A DNA stretch of 64,000 bases from Octopus sinensis (Eukaryota). The DNA is taken from positions 121,148,001 through 121,212,000 of the forward strand of contig NC_042998.1 in NCBI RefSeq assembly GCF_006345805.1, in the 5' to 3' direction. Position numbers and translations under genes: made by a program. This document shows positions 12,336 to 25,925 of the stretch, one piece after another (position 1 is the first letter of the stretch; the number at the start of each line of letters is the position of its first letter). A model generated the notes under the pieces. It was given only the letters and a program-made list of their open reading frames with translations. It was not told the DNA's origin and did no database searches.

Positions 12336-13536
12336 CACACACACACACATACATACACACACTCATATTTATATATCTATAGATACACTGCATGATAGTT
12401 GTAGTGGTGAGAGAGAGGACGAGGGTTATATATATGTGTGTGTGTAGCTCTATGTTTATATTTATTATCTAACTGAAAATGAAATTTTGTTGAAAGGCTG
12501 GGAAATCGAAAATGAAAAAATAAAGGAGAAAAAGAGGAAATTAGATAAGGAAGAGACAGTGAAACAAAGCTAGAAAAAAAGGTGTCAACAACAGTAGGGG
12601 CGACATTGAAAAGGAGGAGGAAGGAATGGGAGATATCAAAACGTGAGAGAGAACTAGAAATTCAGGACGATAATGTAGAGAGAAGGTAGAGGAAAAGAAA
12701 AAAACGAAGGTTGACGAGGAAATGCTACTTAGAGCTGAATGTTTATCAAAAGAGTAGTCGGTTGTATAATGTCGTGTTGATACGGTCTTTTGTATTTATT
12801 TATAGATCACAATATGTTGAGAGACGGAGCTTCCCGAACAAACTAGTGCTTTATTACGGACATATATTATATTATGACGCACTCTTTTCTCTGCAATACA
12901 CCATATGTGTATCATGTCCTTGCCTTATAACAAACACGTTGATAGACAGCAACAGTTACACCTGAGAGATTTTAACGCAGATGAACACGACCTATTCATT
13001 TAATAACGGGGTTGTTTATGCTTGAAAGGCTCTTGGATTTACCCTAATATCCCTACTGTTGTTTGGTTCCTTGACTCCTGTAACACTTGCGGCATTGAAA
13101 AATATTGCAATTTGTTGATTACAAGATTCACTGGGTTACTGATTTCTTATATAGGACATGAGATCTTAGATGAATTAGATAAGAGGAAAAGGCACGTTTT
13201 GTGTTCATGCTTTTCTCATTTATATCACTTGTGTAAACGAAGTGAAATTGTCCAAACCTAGGATCGACATTAGGTCGTAGAGCTTTTGTAAATCACTGCG
13301 AATATACACTCTGACCACTAATGGTCGATGTATGAGACAATATTGTTTTGTTCGTTATATTCAGTTTCATTGAAAACTTTTAACTGCCCACTCATATAAT
13401 GCTAGATTTTATTTTTAATGTTTTTTTTTGTAGCAAAGCCAAGAGGAAAAGAATGGGATTGTTACTAAGTTCTCCGAAAATATTCGCATAATTATTATCA
13501 AACTTTCCTTTTTTTCCCTTTCTTTACTATTTAAAT

Positions 13537-13790
13537 CAGGGGTTCTCAACTGTTTATTTATTTATTTTATCTATGGACCCCTCTGATTACCATTTTTATT
13601 CTGATGGACCCTCGTAGCCATTTGATGTTTAAAAACTACATTTAGAAAAGCTTCTTTCAAAATTCCTATTTTGTTATTCACTCAATAACTTGTGTATGTT
13701 GAAGTAAGCAAAAGTTTTTCATGGGCCCTTAAAATACTATTCTCGATATCTAATCTACTAGTGTTGCGTGGACCCCCAAAAATCTTGCTT
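13537..13790. mobile_element. Truncated hAT (Charlie-like) non-autonomous element, one TIR only
   Basis: Seen: ATTTAAAT followed by CAGGGGTTCTCAAC (Charlie-type terminus) and repeated GGACCCC subterminal motifs. No matching right TIR found. Confidence 0.4.
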
Positions 13791-16700
13791 ATGTTTACAT
13801 CTCTCTAGATTTGTGGAGTTTTCTTGAATGTCCATGATGTCTACTTTCAAAATAGTCTGTAATTTTACACATTAGATAACTCAATGTGTTGCACTGAGTT
13901 TTTCTTCCACTTGCATAGTTCCATGTAGATCCAAGATAGAGCAGTGGGAATGATCAAGTAGTAGAAATCTGCATTAGTACACGTAAGATGTATTAACTGT
14001 AGACTATACGTAATCCAACGTCTATACCTTTTGTCCATCAAGCAACAATTGGCCTTGTGTCAGGTCACAGGTAATTATTAAATTGAAGAAATAAAATGAT
14101 ACCTCCACTGATATGTGGTCATATATATGTGCTTTGTTTGCGCTGACATAAAAGTCAAGTTTATAGGGAATGTATGGTGATGATGTGCATGCTTTTCCCA
14201 TGGGCATTGAATGACATTTTCAACAGGAAACTGAATTGTATAAGCAGTTTCTCCTCAATATCTTCCCTGTGCGTATAATAAAAATATTTCTTCATTAAAT
14301 AATTGTTTATTTGATATTTAAAATAGATTTATATTAAATGATAGCATCTACATTTTTATTGTTATTTCGTAAGATGAAGCTTGAGAGAAAGATTTCTTTA
14401 GACCAGATACGAGGAAATTCCTATAGCGAACAGGTAGTCAGACGAATCTATTTGCTTTTTACTTGCGTAGTCTAGAGGAAAAGATAATGTTTAGAGCCTC
14501 TTCACAGGCCCTTAACTTATCGTTAAAAAAATAGTCTTCTTCATTAAGAATTGAGCTCTAAATAGTAAAAAAATGATCTACAAAATATGAAGTGTGGTGC
14601 CTTACAATATTTGTACTGTACAGTACAAACGCTAAATCCTTCTAGTGACCAAAGTTGTTCAGTCCATGCCAATCGTAACTTTAAAGTTACCTGTTTCCAT
14701 ATTTGGTATGCACCAACAAAGGTTCAGCAAAAATTATGAAGTCCCTAAGATGTTCAAAACTTCACTAAGTTCCAGCAGAAGATTTAGCATTTAGACAAGT
14801 ATCTTGCATCAAATCAAGTATTCTCTTAAAGAATTCTCATAATCTTGGCAGTCCTTGATTTCTAAAGAAATGTGGCCATTTCTTTAGAAACAATTACTTT
14901 TAAGTATTTAATATTTATAAGTGACCAGCATCATAAGGGAAAATAAAATGAAGTAATGGCCATTCCATTAATGACGAAGAACCATATAATATGATCCCGT
15001 GTCACACTGTCCTTGAAGGTGAGATGTCAGTGTGACATGTTGAGATTAAAAAATTTCTTTGTTTTTTTTTATAAGTAAAAACATCTACCAGCACTGTCAA
15101 AGAACTGGTCTTCAGTAAAGTTTTTAATGACTTGGAGAAAGAAGAGCAGCTTCTATGACCTTTTTCAAAGTCTGCAAGGCAGGCAAAAAGAATGCTATCC
15201 TCAAGCCAGAGACCTTGGCCAAAGGCTTACAACAAAGTGGACTCTTTTGAAGACTCTGGAGGACTAAGGAGTGGTGTTAGATTAGACAACAGATTAAATT
15301 TATCTCCTTTAAAATGAGATTAGTCCCTCTGATAGATTTCTACATAGCTTCTGTCTACAAAATTTCATTTACTAGGCTTTGGCTGACTTCAGCTGTGGGA
15401 GAAGACTCTTGCCCAAGATGCCATGCAGTGCGATCAAAACCACTTATTTGTGAATCAAACATTAAATATATCGTCATGCTTACATCCATTTAGTGGCCAT
15501 TATAAAAATAAGATACAAGAGAAAAAAATCAATTTGAAATATATGAAACTTAACATTGCTTCTGTAAAAATTTTAAAATGCCATTATCAATAGCTCAAAG
15601 GGCATCGAAAAATCAAAAAAGCCAAAAAAGTATTCTTTACACTAACTGATAGAATTATGTTAAATTTTCACATAAATCCTTCTGTTTTTTAGTTTTAAGT
15701 TCATATTAATATCAGTATTAGTTGTCATGGTTGTATAACTGACTCAATGATGAATTTCCACTGAGATTAAATAATCCTTGCAGTATTTTATTTCATATCA
15801 GGCATATCTGGAAGACTACCAAAATTATGAGGAAGAGGCTATGCCCATGGCCTTTGCAAGCCCTCCATGACAAGTTAGACTGATGCTATTAACATTCTGT
15901 TTAAATTGTAGCATGTCAATGACTGCAACAGGGGTAAATCTCAGAGAACTGACATTTGGACACAGAACTAAGTATATATTTGTTAGTGCTGAATACACCA
16001 TAGGTGATGAGAAGAAGACAGAAATGACTTAGGAGTGCCTGAATGGAAAGTAGCATGAACCCAGCCTATTCGGAAAAGCAGAGGGGCATTGTAGTAACAG
16101 TAAAAAACGGCAGAGAGAGGAGACAAGTCTGTGGATCCAAGCTGAAGTCTATCTGTCAGACTTTATACCAATCAGTAGAATGGCCTTTCTCTGGATGTAC
16201 TCTAGAATGTCTGTGTGTGGCAGCAGCATTCTCCCTAGTGTAGAAGCAGTACCATCCAAACTCTGTAGTTTGTTGATGGCTGGAATATTTTCAGTCTCTG
16301 AAGAGAAGGGCCAGTCTTTGAGATGCAATTTTAGCTATATTAAGAATGTGCCTTGAGAGATTCTAGCATTTGGAGCAATCTTGAAGGCTATAGTTGCATG
16401 CTGTACATGTTTAAGAAGTGTAAAATTCAATGTTTTGATATGAGCAATGCTTGCATTTTTTTTTTATACAAAATCATTTAGTATACCAAAGTGAAGGTAT
16501 AAATATTTTGAAATTGACTTGAAAAGAAATTGTGTTGAAACTGCAACATTGCACCATAGTAGAGTCTTAGTATTAATTTAGAACACACATATTCTGTTAT
16601 ACTCACTTTTGATTTATTTTATAATATAGTACAATAAGGCCATTGGCAATATTCCACTGTGTCCACAATCATACAGTGGCTGGTATCAGTAACTAGATTA

Positions 16701-16869
16701 CAGATGTACAACAAAACCTTTTGATCTTAATAATATATACTGTTAAAAAATATAACAAATGTCAATATAATAGCAAATGTGTGTTTTACATGACTATCAT
16801 CACTCTACATATGCTAGCATGTAAGGTAATAATCTGGATGATTGGAGCATCTGACAAAATGCCTTCAGA

Positions 16870-18144
16870 TATGAGATAGTATCAAAAGTTACCAGACCAG
16901 TTACATTTAATAAAAAATAACTTATTTATCTATGTTTTAACATCATCTCCTTCAAAATACTCACCTAGTGCAGCAACACAGCAGTCCCAGCATTCCTACC
17001 ACTTTTAGAATCTGGCCTGGAAGTTCTTTTCTGTGAGTCAAAGACCTTTTGCAATTTACTCTGGATCTTGACAACAGAGCTAAAACAGTGACCTTTGAGC
17101 TGCATTTTCATCTTGGAGAAGAAATGGGAGTCCACAGGTGCTAAATCTGGTGAATAGGCTGGGTGTAGAAGTGATACCATGTTGTTTTTGGCAAGGAACT
17201 TGCGAGTGAGGAGAACTTGGTGACAGGGTGCATTGTTGTCATGAAGAATCCAGTTCTTTGCACTCCACAAATCTGGTCGCTTTCACCAAATGTCCTCCCT
17301 CAGATGTTTCAAAACACCACAGTAGAACTCATGATTGACAGTCTGACCCTGGGATACAAATTCTCAATGCACAATACCACAGATGTGAAAAACAAAATGA
17401 TAAGCACGAGCTTCATTGAGCTGCAGTTCTCTCGTACCTTCTTTGGTCATGGAGATGAAGGCCTCTTCCATTGTGACAACTGCTGCTTCATCTCAGGGTC
17501 ATACCCATAGATCCAACTCTCATCACTGGTGATGATCCTTGACATGAAGGATGGGTCATCAGCAGCATGCTGACGGAGATCTTGACAGACTTCAACACGA
17601 TGTTCTTTCTGCTTAGTGGTCAGCAGATGGAGGACAAACTTGGACAAATACTGCATGTTCAATTCAGACATTAGGATTGCCTGCACATTAGCAATGTTGT
17701 TGATTGACCTCCAATGATCTTCATGCACAAGCTGGTGAATTTTTTCACATTTCTGAGGGTGACACCCATGGCAGGTCTTCCAGATCACTCATTGTCTTCC
17801 AGGAAAATTCTTCTGCTTTTAAAGGACATGTGCCACTCAAAATATTGTGTACAACCCATTGTGTCATCACCATAAGCTTGCTCAATGTCTTTTTAGCCGA
17901 CTTTCCAAATTTATTGCAAAATTTCACGTTGGATCTTTGTTCTTGTCCATGACAAAATCACATACTACAACATACATATGATCACAAAAACACAAATTTC
18001 ACAACTTATGAAATAAACACAGTGATGTCACTGGACACACTCTCTCATGAAGGTCACTACTAGCACTCACTGCACATACAACCATGTACTGCCATCTGTT
18101 GGCATGCTACAAAACTAGTTTGGAAACTTTTTGATACTACTTGT
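16870..18144 (-). mobile_element. Full-length-sized (about 1.27 kb) mariner transposon relic with both TIRs; transposase fragmented
   Basis: Seen: TIRs GTATCAAAAGTTACCAGACCAG (16879-16900) and CTAGTTTGGAAACTTTTTGATAC (18115-18137). Minus-strand peptides MKFCNKFGKSAKKT, RIITSDESWIYGYDPE, ILHDNNAPCH and HPAYSPDLAP match mariner DD34D motifs (TGDETW, HDNARPH, YSPDLAP) but lie in different frames. Confidence 0.9.
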
Positions 18145-18604
18145 TCCTGCTATTTATAATCTGAATTCAAATTCCATTGAGATTAATTTTACTTTCAGCC
18201 TTTCAGAGTCAATCAAATAAAAGTACCAGTTAGGTACTGGGCTTCCCAAGCTTCTTCAAACAAGAGACTTTGACTGACAATCCTGAATGTATATTCAGTT
18301 TATACTTTGAGAGAGTATGAGGATAATAAAACTCAATTTCTGCTAGTATTTCTGAGGATCAATAATCCTAGATATTATTTGCTTTGTAAGAAATGTATCT
18401 GACAAAAGCAGAGGGAAGAAATGTACTGATTTTTAAATTTTTATTCTGTGCTGATCTATTAAAAAAATAACCTACTACTCCAGTAAAGCCCCAGGCCAAC
18501 CAAAGCCTTGGGAGTGGATTTGGTAAAAATAAAATGAAAAAAAAAATATTGTGTGTGTATGTGTGTGTGTGTGAGAGTTTGTCTTGACCATTAAGTGATG
18601 ATTG

Positions 18605-18840
18605 TAAACAAACATCATCATCAACATCTTTTAACATCCCTTCTTCATGCTGGCATGGGTTGGACTGTTTGACAAGAGTTGGCCAGCATGAGGGCTGCCT
18701 GGGCTCTATTTGTCGGTTTTGGCATGGTTTCTATGGCTGGATGCCCTTCCTAATACCAACCACTTTACAAAGCGCACTTGGTGCTTTTATGTGGCACTGG
18801 CACAGTTGCTTTTACATGGCACCAGTACCCATGAGCTCAC
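18605..18840 (-). mobile_element. Diverged RTE 3' UTR copy
   Basis: Seen: CATCATCATC...TTTAACATCC...CATGCTGGCATGGGTTGGAC...GGCTGGATGCCCTTCCTAATACCAACCAC. Confidence 0.75.
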
Positions 18841-21483
18841 AAGATTAGGATCACTTGGCTGAGGGAGGTATGTAGAGGACATACTTGTATGCATGGACTG
18901 ATCTTCATTTCCAGTCTTCCATAAAATGACATGTTTAGCAAAGGGAAAATATTACCTTGCAGCAAATTCAATCTGATCAACACAAGCACAGAAAAGTTGT
19001 CAAAATGATGATGAACCAATATTGTAGCACTGCTTATACATTAGTATGCCATACATATTCACTAATCCACAGACAAGCATTTAAAAAATAACTGATTACT
19101 TAATTGCTAAAAACACATTTACTGATAATGTTCAAGAACTGGTCTTCAGTATTGTTTGTGTTTTTGATGACTTAGAGGAAGGTGAGCAACAACTGTGACC
19201 TTTTCAGGACTGGTAGAGGAAAAGAGGGAGTTACTTCCATCACCAACTTTGATTAAATGCCTGCAACAAAGTGAACTTGCTAAAGGTGCCAGAGACAAAA
19301 TGACGGTGTTAAACTGGGTGACAGGATAAAGTCTACCAGCAAGGAGAGGAACAATCCCTCCAATAAACTTCCATATAGCTTTCATCTATGAAATTTTTTT
19401 CATAAAATTTCACAGCAAAATCAAATCAAAATTTAAGTTGATTAATTTGTTATGAGAAATAAAAAATTCAATATTTTTGACACTTTAAGGTCAACGCCAG
19501 TTTTGAAAAACAGAGATGCAAAGAGGAGGGGAGAGCAAAAATGACAGTGTGTTTAGTAGAAAATGATGAGTAGAATGGTGTGGGAGGAAAAAGCAAAGAG
19601 AAGGAGTAGTGAAAATTACTAGGGTACCAAATCAGTTGAAAGCTTGATCAGGTGGCATTGACTAAGGCTATGGTAGAGGATACTTACCCAAGGTGCTCTG
19701 CAGTGAGAATAGACCAAAAGCCACATAGTTGCAAAATGAACTTCTTCACCACGTGACCAACTATAATTTGTTCTGTCTGCCTTGAGATTGCAACAATCAC
19801 TACTTTAAATAAAGAGAGTTTGGAGAATGTCCAAATAAGTTTAATTGCCATGAAGAGTAGGAAGTTTAATATTTCAAGCTTTGCCCTTCAACCACATGAA
19901 GAATAACATTAAGGAATTATATATTATCAATCATGCTAACAACTCATTTATCTCTTCTATTCTTTGGTGAAGATCAAGATTTGTATACATTAGATTTTCA
20001 ACTCTCCATGCAATGAACTCTTTGCTTTATTGTTGCCAATACAAGCCCATGTCAGTTTCCAAGGAATCTAGAATTTATTCTGCTCTACTAAAGTTACTGT
20101 GTCTGCTCCACCCCACTCTCTAAGTGCCATATCAAGAGACATTAGCAATCATGGACCTTCCTACCAAAGTTTGAAAATTCATGATTTGTTTTTCCTTGAA
20201 TCATAATTCATGAGTAGGGAACATATAGATGTAGCAGTGTTTTTTTCCATTGCTTTCTGCTGGTTTATTTATAGTTTACTCTACGAGTCTCCTGCTCTTC
20301 TGAGTTTATCATCAAAGTGTAGGGCCTAATTTTAACAATTTGTTAGGAGTCTGGTTCACATAACATCCAGACATTCCACACATACATCAGTGAGCCTGTG
20401 TGATACATATCTAGGAGCTTGTCTTCTCCAAGTCGTGTATGCCTTAGCCACAGGATCATCTGTTATTTGTCCCGTAATTAGGGCCCTTGACAATACAACC
20501 GTCCTGAACCAGAGCAGTCCTGGAAGTAATAATGCTCCCCAAAACTTCTGAATTCCCAACCTGGAGCCTCATCACCAGATGCAGTCTAATATTTTACCAA
20601 GGACAGATTGTACACTTTATTAAAATAATTTTTTTTTAAATAGATAAAATATATAAGTATGTTTACATTAATGATTGTATCCTGCATTAACTTAAATACA
20701 TTTATTATATATGTAATACTTAAAAAAAAATTTTTTATTGCCGTCTATATTGGTTCAAGGTTCCAATATCCTAATTACTGGTTCATTGTGTTTCTGATGG
20801 TAAAAATAATAAAGGAGTGTTTGCAGAACATATATTACAAAAGAGTGCTGAAAGAACAATAGTTTTTCTATTTTCTCACTGATATATATTAACAAGATTT
20901 ACACATCCACTCACTCATACATATGGGCATACAGTGGACATCTATACAGTTTTTTTAAATTCCATTGAAAGCATATTTGGTCAACTCAAGGCTATAGTAG
21001 AAGACACTTGAGGTACCATGTAGTGCAATCAAACAGCAATTCCTGCAACTAAACATGTAATAAAGTATCATGACAATTTATCAAAACTGCTTTATAGTGA
21101 ACTTTTTCATTGGACCTCTTTCTTTTATTTTTATGGAAGTGAATTTCATAGAATAATTTTATAAAAATATTATTTGACAAAATAATTATGACTATTGAAT
21201 ACAGATTGCAGATATTTTTTAACATACTATAGTGTTAGTGCCATAGGAAAAACACCTAGTACACTCTTTGAATCAGTTGATATTAAGAATGGCATCCAAC
21301 TGTAGAAACCATGCCAAAGCTGACATTAGAGATTGGCAGAGCCCTCTGGCTTATTCATGTCAAATGTCCAACTCATACCAGCATGGAAAAGGGGACATTA
21401 CATAATGACGATTTAATCTGAAAGCAAATTTTAAATATTGACTAATTTATTATATAAATATTATTCTACAGATTACAACAGTT

Positions 21484-21703
21484 TTAATCCATTTGATACC
21501 TAACCACCTAAGACTGCCTTCGATTCTATGATACAAACTTGCTGTTTTAAAGTAATCTAAATTAAATTTATCAAAATTTCATGTTAATTTATGTTTCTGC
21601 CTGAGTAAGGACAAAGTTATTTTATTAGATATTCCATCATTTTCAAAATTAATTGAAACAAAGGCAGTGTATTTCAACAGAAATGTAATAACAAAAGAGT
21701 TAA
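21484..21703. mobile_element. Possible TTAA-flanked (piggyBac-like) MITE, degenerate
   Basis: Seen: TTAATCCATTTGATACC at the left end and AATAACAAAAGAGTTAA at the right end form imperfect inverted termini with TTAA. Classification is inference. Confidence 0.3.
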
Positions 21704-22519
21704 ATATGCAATAATCTTTAATATCAAATAAAAGCAGAGAATTTCCATTTGGAAATCTAATTAAAAAAACAAAAAACATTCAGCCTACTTTAAATTTTGT
21801 GAAGGATATAAAGGTTAATATACATAAATATGTGTGGCCTATATGTGTGGGTGAATGGGTCAGATTTGAAAAAGTGCATGAAATGTTTAATTCATTAACT
21901 TTTAATGTAGAATAATCACAGCTTGATTGTTCTACACATTACAAAGCAAAAAAAAAAAAAAATTATTACTAATTTCAACTAGTCAATGACCAAACTAGTT
22001 TTGATTGGTTGTCCTATAGTAAACTATTTTGCAAAATAATATATTTTAAAAGAATATCTCTAATCTGTTGCACTGATTTTATACTAAAAATTATTTTTTA
22101 TTTAACATTATTCTACTGATTCACTAAAAAATTATTTGATTAAAAGTTGTTTCAGTAAGAAGTTGGCATAATATTAAAAAAAAAAGGGCAGCAGATGAAA
22201 TTCTATTTGATAAAAAGTCATGCCATGACTCAATACACCCAATTCTCACACACCTGTTAACTCTACTGTATGTGTCTCACTTCCCACATCTTGAATTAAA
22301 CACTTCCTCATGACTTCTTCCTAAGAATCGAAATGCATCCTTCTCTCACAAAAACTTCCTTTCTGTTCATATTTCACTTTAATCACTAAAGTACAGGATG
22401 CTGAACTTTTTGGATCAGATGACAAAAGACCAAGATACTTGGCACCTTGCTGCCCTCAAGAAGACCCATCCTTCACAGAAGTGTTAAGGCTGCAGCCCCT
22501 AGTGAAGAGAATTGGCCTG

Positions 22520-22742
22520 TAAGAGCCCTGTAAATTGCACTCATGCTGGTGTCATGCAGAAGTGTTCTTACCAATGCCATGTTAAAAGCAATGAGCACAT
22601 ACGTCAAGTGGTTGGCATCTAGCCGTAGAAACCACATTAAACCAGTCTAGAACCTGTGCAGCTCTCTAGCTTGCCATCTCTGGTCAAACCGTCCAACCCA
22701 TGCCAGCATGGAAAATGGACGTTAAAGGATGATAATGATGAT
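22520..22742 (+). mobile_element. Diverged RTE 3' UTR copy
   Basis: Seen: GGCATCTAGCCGTAGAAACC...GGTCAAACCGTCCAACCCATGCCAGCATGGAAAATGGACGTTAAAGGATGATAATGATG. Confidence 0.78.
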
Positions 22743-22897
22743 CCCTGCGTCTTATAGCCAGAGCTAAAATACTAGGAAACAAATACTCAGTCAACTAAAT
22801 TTTATGAAAGCAGATTTTGAGAGGAGAAAACAGAATAACTCAGACAATGTCCGGGACATTATTAGATGGTGGTTGATAACAAAAGGATGGTAGAATG

Positions 22898-23815
22898 TAT
22901 GAGGGTCGGATGAAAGGTTCATGGGTTGACCAAGATACCCTCATGAAATGTGACCAAATGAGGTTTATTTTACAACATAGTACCGCTTGCAGTCCTCATG
23001 CATCTTTCATTGGTGTTGCAGCACTTGGATCCAATTAGTGAAGAAGCTTTCTTGCTGTTGGTCAAACTAAGTCATTAACAGCAGATATGACATCCTCATC
23101 ATTGCAATACTGGTTCCCAGCCAAGTTTTTTCCATGATTGTCAAATGGGGTTAAATCAGAATAGGGAGGGTGATCAACCAGTTCAAACTCACAGCCATTG
23201 ACACAGAGGACTTCAGTCCTGGAGCATTGTCCTCATGAAAGAAGACCCTTTCCTCAATTTTCCTGAGTGTTTGGTCTTGATACCTTTTTGTAACTGCCTC
23301 AACAAGTTGAGATAATATTCTCCATTGATGGTGTGGCCCTTCTGAAGATAGTCAATAAACACAGTGTCTTTTGCATCTCAAGAAGAAAAAAAAAACTAGC
23401 ATTGGTCTTCTTTGTGACAGGTGAGGAGTACATAGATTGTCTCTGTGTTTCTGGCTCAAAGTGATGAGTCCAACACTCATCTGGGGTTAGGAAACGTTTA
23501 AGGAAACCAACTGGACCTGCCTGAAACAATGTCAGATTTTTGTGATGTGATCAGTCTAGTGCACTTTTGATCAGGCAGAAACCTTCATCATGCAGAGTTC
23601 ATTGTGTAGAATATTCTCAACATTCTCATGGGATAAGCTAATAGCATTGGCTATTTGATTTATAGTCAATCACCTGTCATTTATCAATACGTGGTGAACA
23701 CAATCAATGTTTTTCCCAGTAACATTTGCAAGACATCCACACCCTGGGTCATCTTCAAGACTCTCCCTTCCCCTCCTAAATTTAGCTGCCCACTTTTGTA
23801 CAGTTCATAATCATG
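22898..23815 (-). mobile_element. Degenerate, internally deleted mariner relic
   Basis: Seen: TATGAGGGTCGGATGAAAGGTTC mariner-type terminus at 22898 and minus-strand peptide RFLTPDECWTHHFEPETQRQSM (mariner TGDETW..YxPETKxQS region). Confidence 0.75.
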
Positions 23816-24009
23816 AACAGCATGTAACTAAAGGCCCTCAAAGTTATTAGAAATGCTAGACTCTACATTCTATTTTGAGTTAACAATATCCTAGCCACTT
23901 TGCTGGGTTACAAAATAGTTCAGCTGAAGATTAAGATGTGCAATAGAATACAGTTGAATATATAAGATATTGCCACTGCTACAACAAACATTGTAGACAA
24001 CATCTAGAA

Positions 24010-24278
24010 CAGTGGCTCCTAAAGTGGGCAGTGGAAAGATCCTGGGGTTGGGGGGACATTGAAGAAAAGTAGGGCAACAATAGGGTAGCCAAAAGGGGAT
24101 GATGGATGTAAAAACAAACAAAATAACGGGTTAATTAGGTTAAGTTTTATTTGTGAAATACTGTTGTTTTGAATTTGCTGCAGAAATGGTCTATGTTTGT
24201 GGCAGTGAGTGGGTGGGAGACTAGGAATATAGCCTGGGTGCCAAGGGAGTGGTAGCCAGAAAAGTTTGGAAACCACTG
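24010..24278. mobile_element. hAT Charlie-family MITE (269 bp) with intact TSD
   Basis: Seen: TIRs CAGTGGCTCCTAAAGT and AGTTTGGAAACCACTG; perfect 8-bp TSD ATCTAGAA at 24002-24009 and 24279-24286, matching the NTCTAGAN Charlie target consensus. Confidence 0.88.
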
Positions 24279-25344
24279 ATCTAGAACATGACCATCTAAC
24301 TGAGTTGTAAAGACTCACTCACCAACACACATCTGGAACTGACACAAAAATGTATTATATCATCTTTATGCCTATTCTACTGTTAATACAATGGCTTTTG
24401 TTCCTCTAACCTAGCTACTTGTATGCCACCTCCATTATATGCATCATCTCTAGTTTTTTTAGTTTTTTCCAAGAAAAGTAATTATTGGATTGTTCTGGAG
24501 GAAGTGGCTGTGCTCAAGGCCATCTTCTCATCACCACTACTTCCAATACAGTACCAACTCTCTTCATTTTCCTTCTTGCCAATATATTTCTCATATATAA
24601 CTTAGATTAAGCTACAATCTTGTTAGTCTTTGATGTTTTATGACACTGTACCATTCTCTTGCCTAAACCAATTAAAAAGAAAAGCAAAAATATCTGTAAC
24701 TCCCTTTTAATCCATACCTGAACCAGCTGAAATTGAAGTTAAACAACCACATTGATCATTCCAATTTGTTATGTGTCTCTAGAATAAACAGCTCAGAATA
24801 TAGCTGGGCTCCATATGAAAATGGCTTTGGTTTGATTTCCTGTGACATTTACATTAAGGACTTTATTAATATGAAGCAAAATGTCAGAGAATTGTAGTTA
24901 CAGATTTCAGTTGTCAAGAACTTAGTATTTACTTTGCAGTACCTGACTACAAACATTTTAAATAATAGATATCTTGTTAAAACGAAAGCTAGAGTTTATA
25001 TAGAGAAACAACAATAAGATCAGCTGTAAAATAGTATGTTTATGAATTAGAGAGCAAAATAACTTCCCTACACAACACAAATATCAAGAATTATTCAGTT
25101 CATTATCATTTTAGTACCCCCTTTTCTATGCTTGCATGGGTCAGATGAAATTTCTTGAGGTGGAGTTTCTATACCTGGATGACTTTCTTGTTGCCAACTT
25201 TCACCTGTTTCCAAATAAGGCAATACTTCCCTATGACCAAACAGGTCTTCCTAGAAGATTGAAAATGAAGAACACTGCCTTCATTATGGTGACACTCATT
25301 TACAACTAATACACTATGTCCAGGTAAGACAGTAACACACACGT

Positions 25345-25496
25345 GATGGGCTTCTTTCAGTTTCTGGTTAACAAATCCACTGAGAAGGCTTCAGTCAGCC
25401 CAAGGCTACAATAAAAGATATTTGCCTAAAATGTTACTGAATCCAGAACCATGTGGTTGGAAAGCAAACTTTTTACCACACAACCATACTTGTGCC
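25345..25496 (-). mobile_element. tRNA-headed SINE, 5' half, diverged
   Basis: Seen: GGGCTTCTTTCAGTTTC...AAATCCAC...CCCAAGGCTA...AGAACCATGTGGTTGG...TTACCACACAACCA, the reverse complement of the 4118 head. Confidence 0.75.
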
Positions 25497-25689
25497 TAAA
25501 AGTTAAATAGCCAAATGTTTGAGTTTCATGATCTGCAATATATTTATTTCATTACATGAATTGATGAGATGTGGTCACCGCTAAACTCAGCGAAGGCAAA
25601 CTAACTCTAAATTGCAATAGAGTATCTAGTATAGTTGTAAAAAGGTCATTCACTACAGTCATTGGGAATTTTCTTTTTTATTATATCAG

Positions 25690-25925
25690 ACTAGCTATTT
25701 TGACCTGTGCTTCGCTCGGGTTTTGGTGGTGATAGCAACCAAACAGTCTCTCTGAGCGACTTGCAACCCTTCTCACACCATTGGCTGCCCCATTTTACCC
25801 CACCAGTGTAAATTTTGGTGCCAATCCGACCCCATCTACCGCCCCTTAAGCTGTTTCCATCCCAAAATGAGACAAATAATCAAGAAATCAAACAACTTTT
25901 TTGCTTTTCGGCTTTATAGATATTG
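25690..25925 (+). mobile_element. Non-autonomous Helitron/Helentron-associated (DINE-1/Lep1-like) element
   Basis: Seen: ACTAGCT....GACCTGTGCTTCGCTCGGG at the 5' end, GTGTAAATTTTGGTGCCAATCCGACC internally, and CAAACAAC...CTTTATAGATATTGAT at the 3' end. This layout resembles Lep1/DINE-type elements as recalled; not searched. Confidence 0.5.

Noticed and set aside
14374-14433. Exon-like 60-nt segment (AG|ATG...CAG|GTAGTC) encoding MKLERKISLDQIRGNSYSEQ
   Set aside because: Weak donor, no recognisable homology and no partner exon; not listed as CDS.
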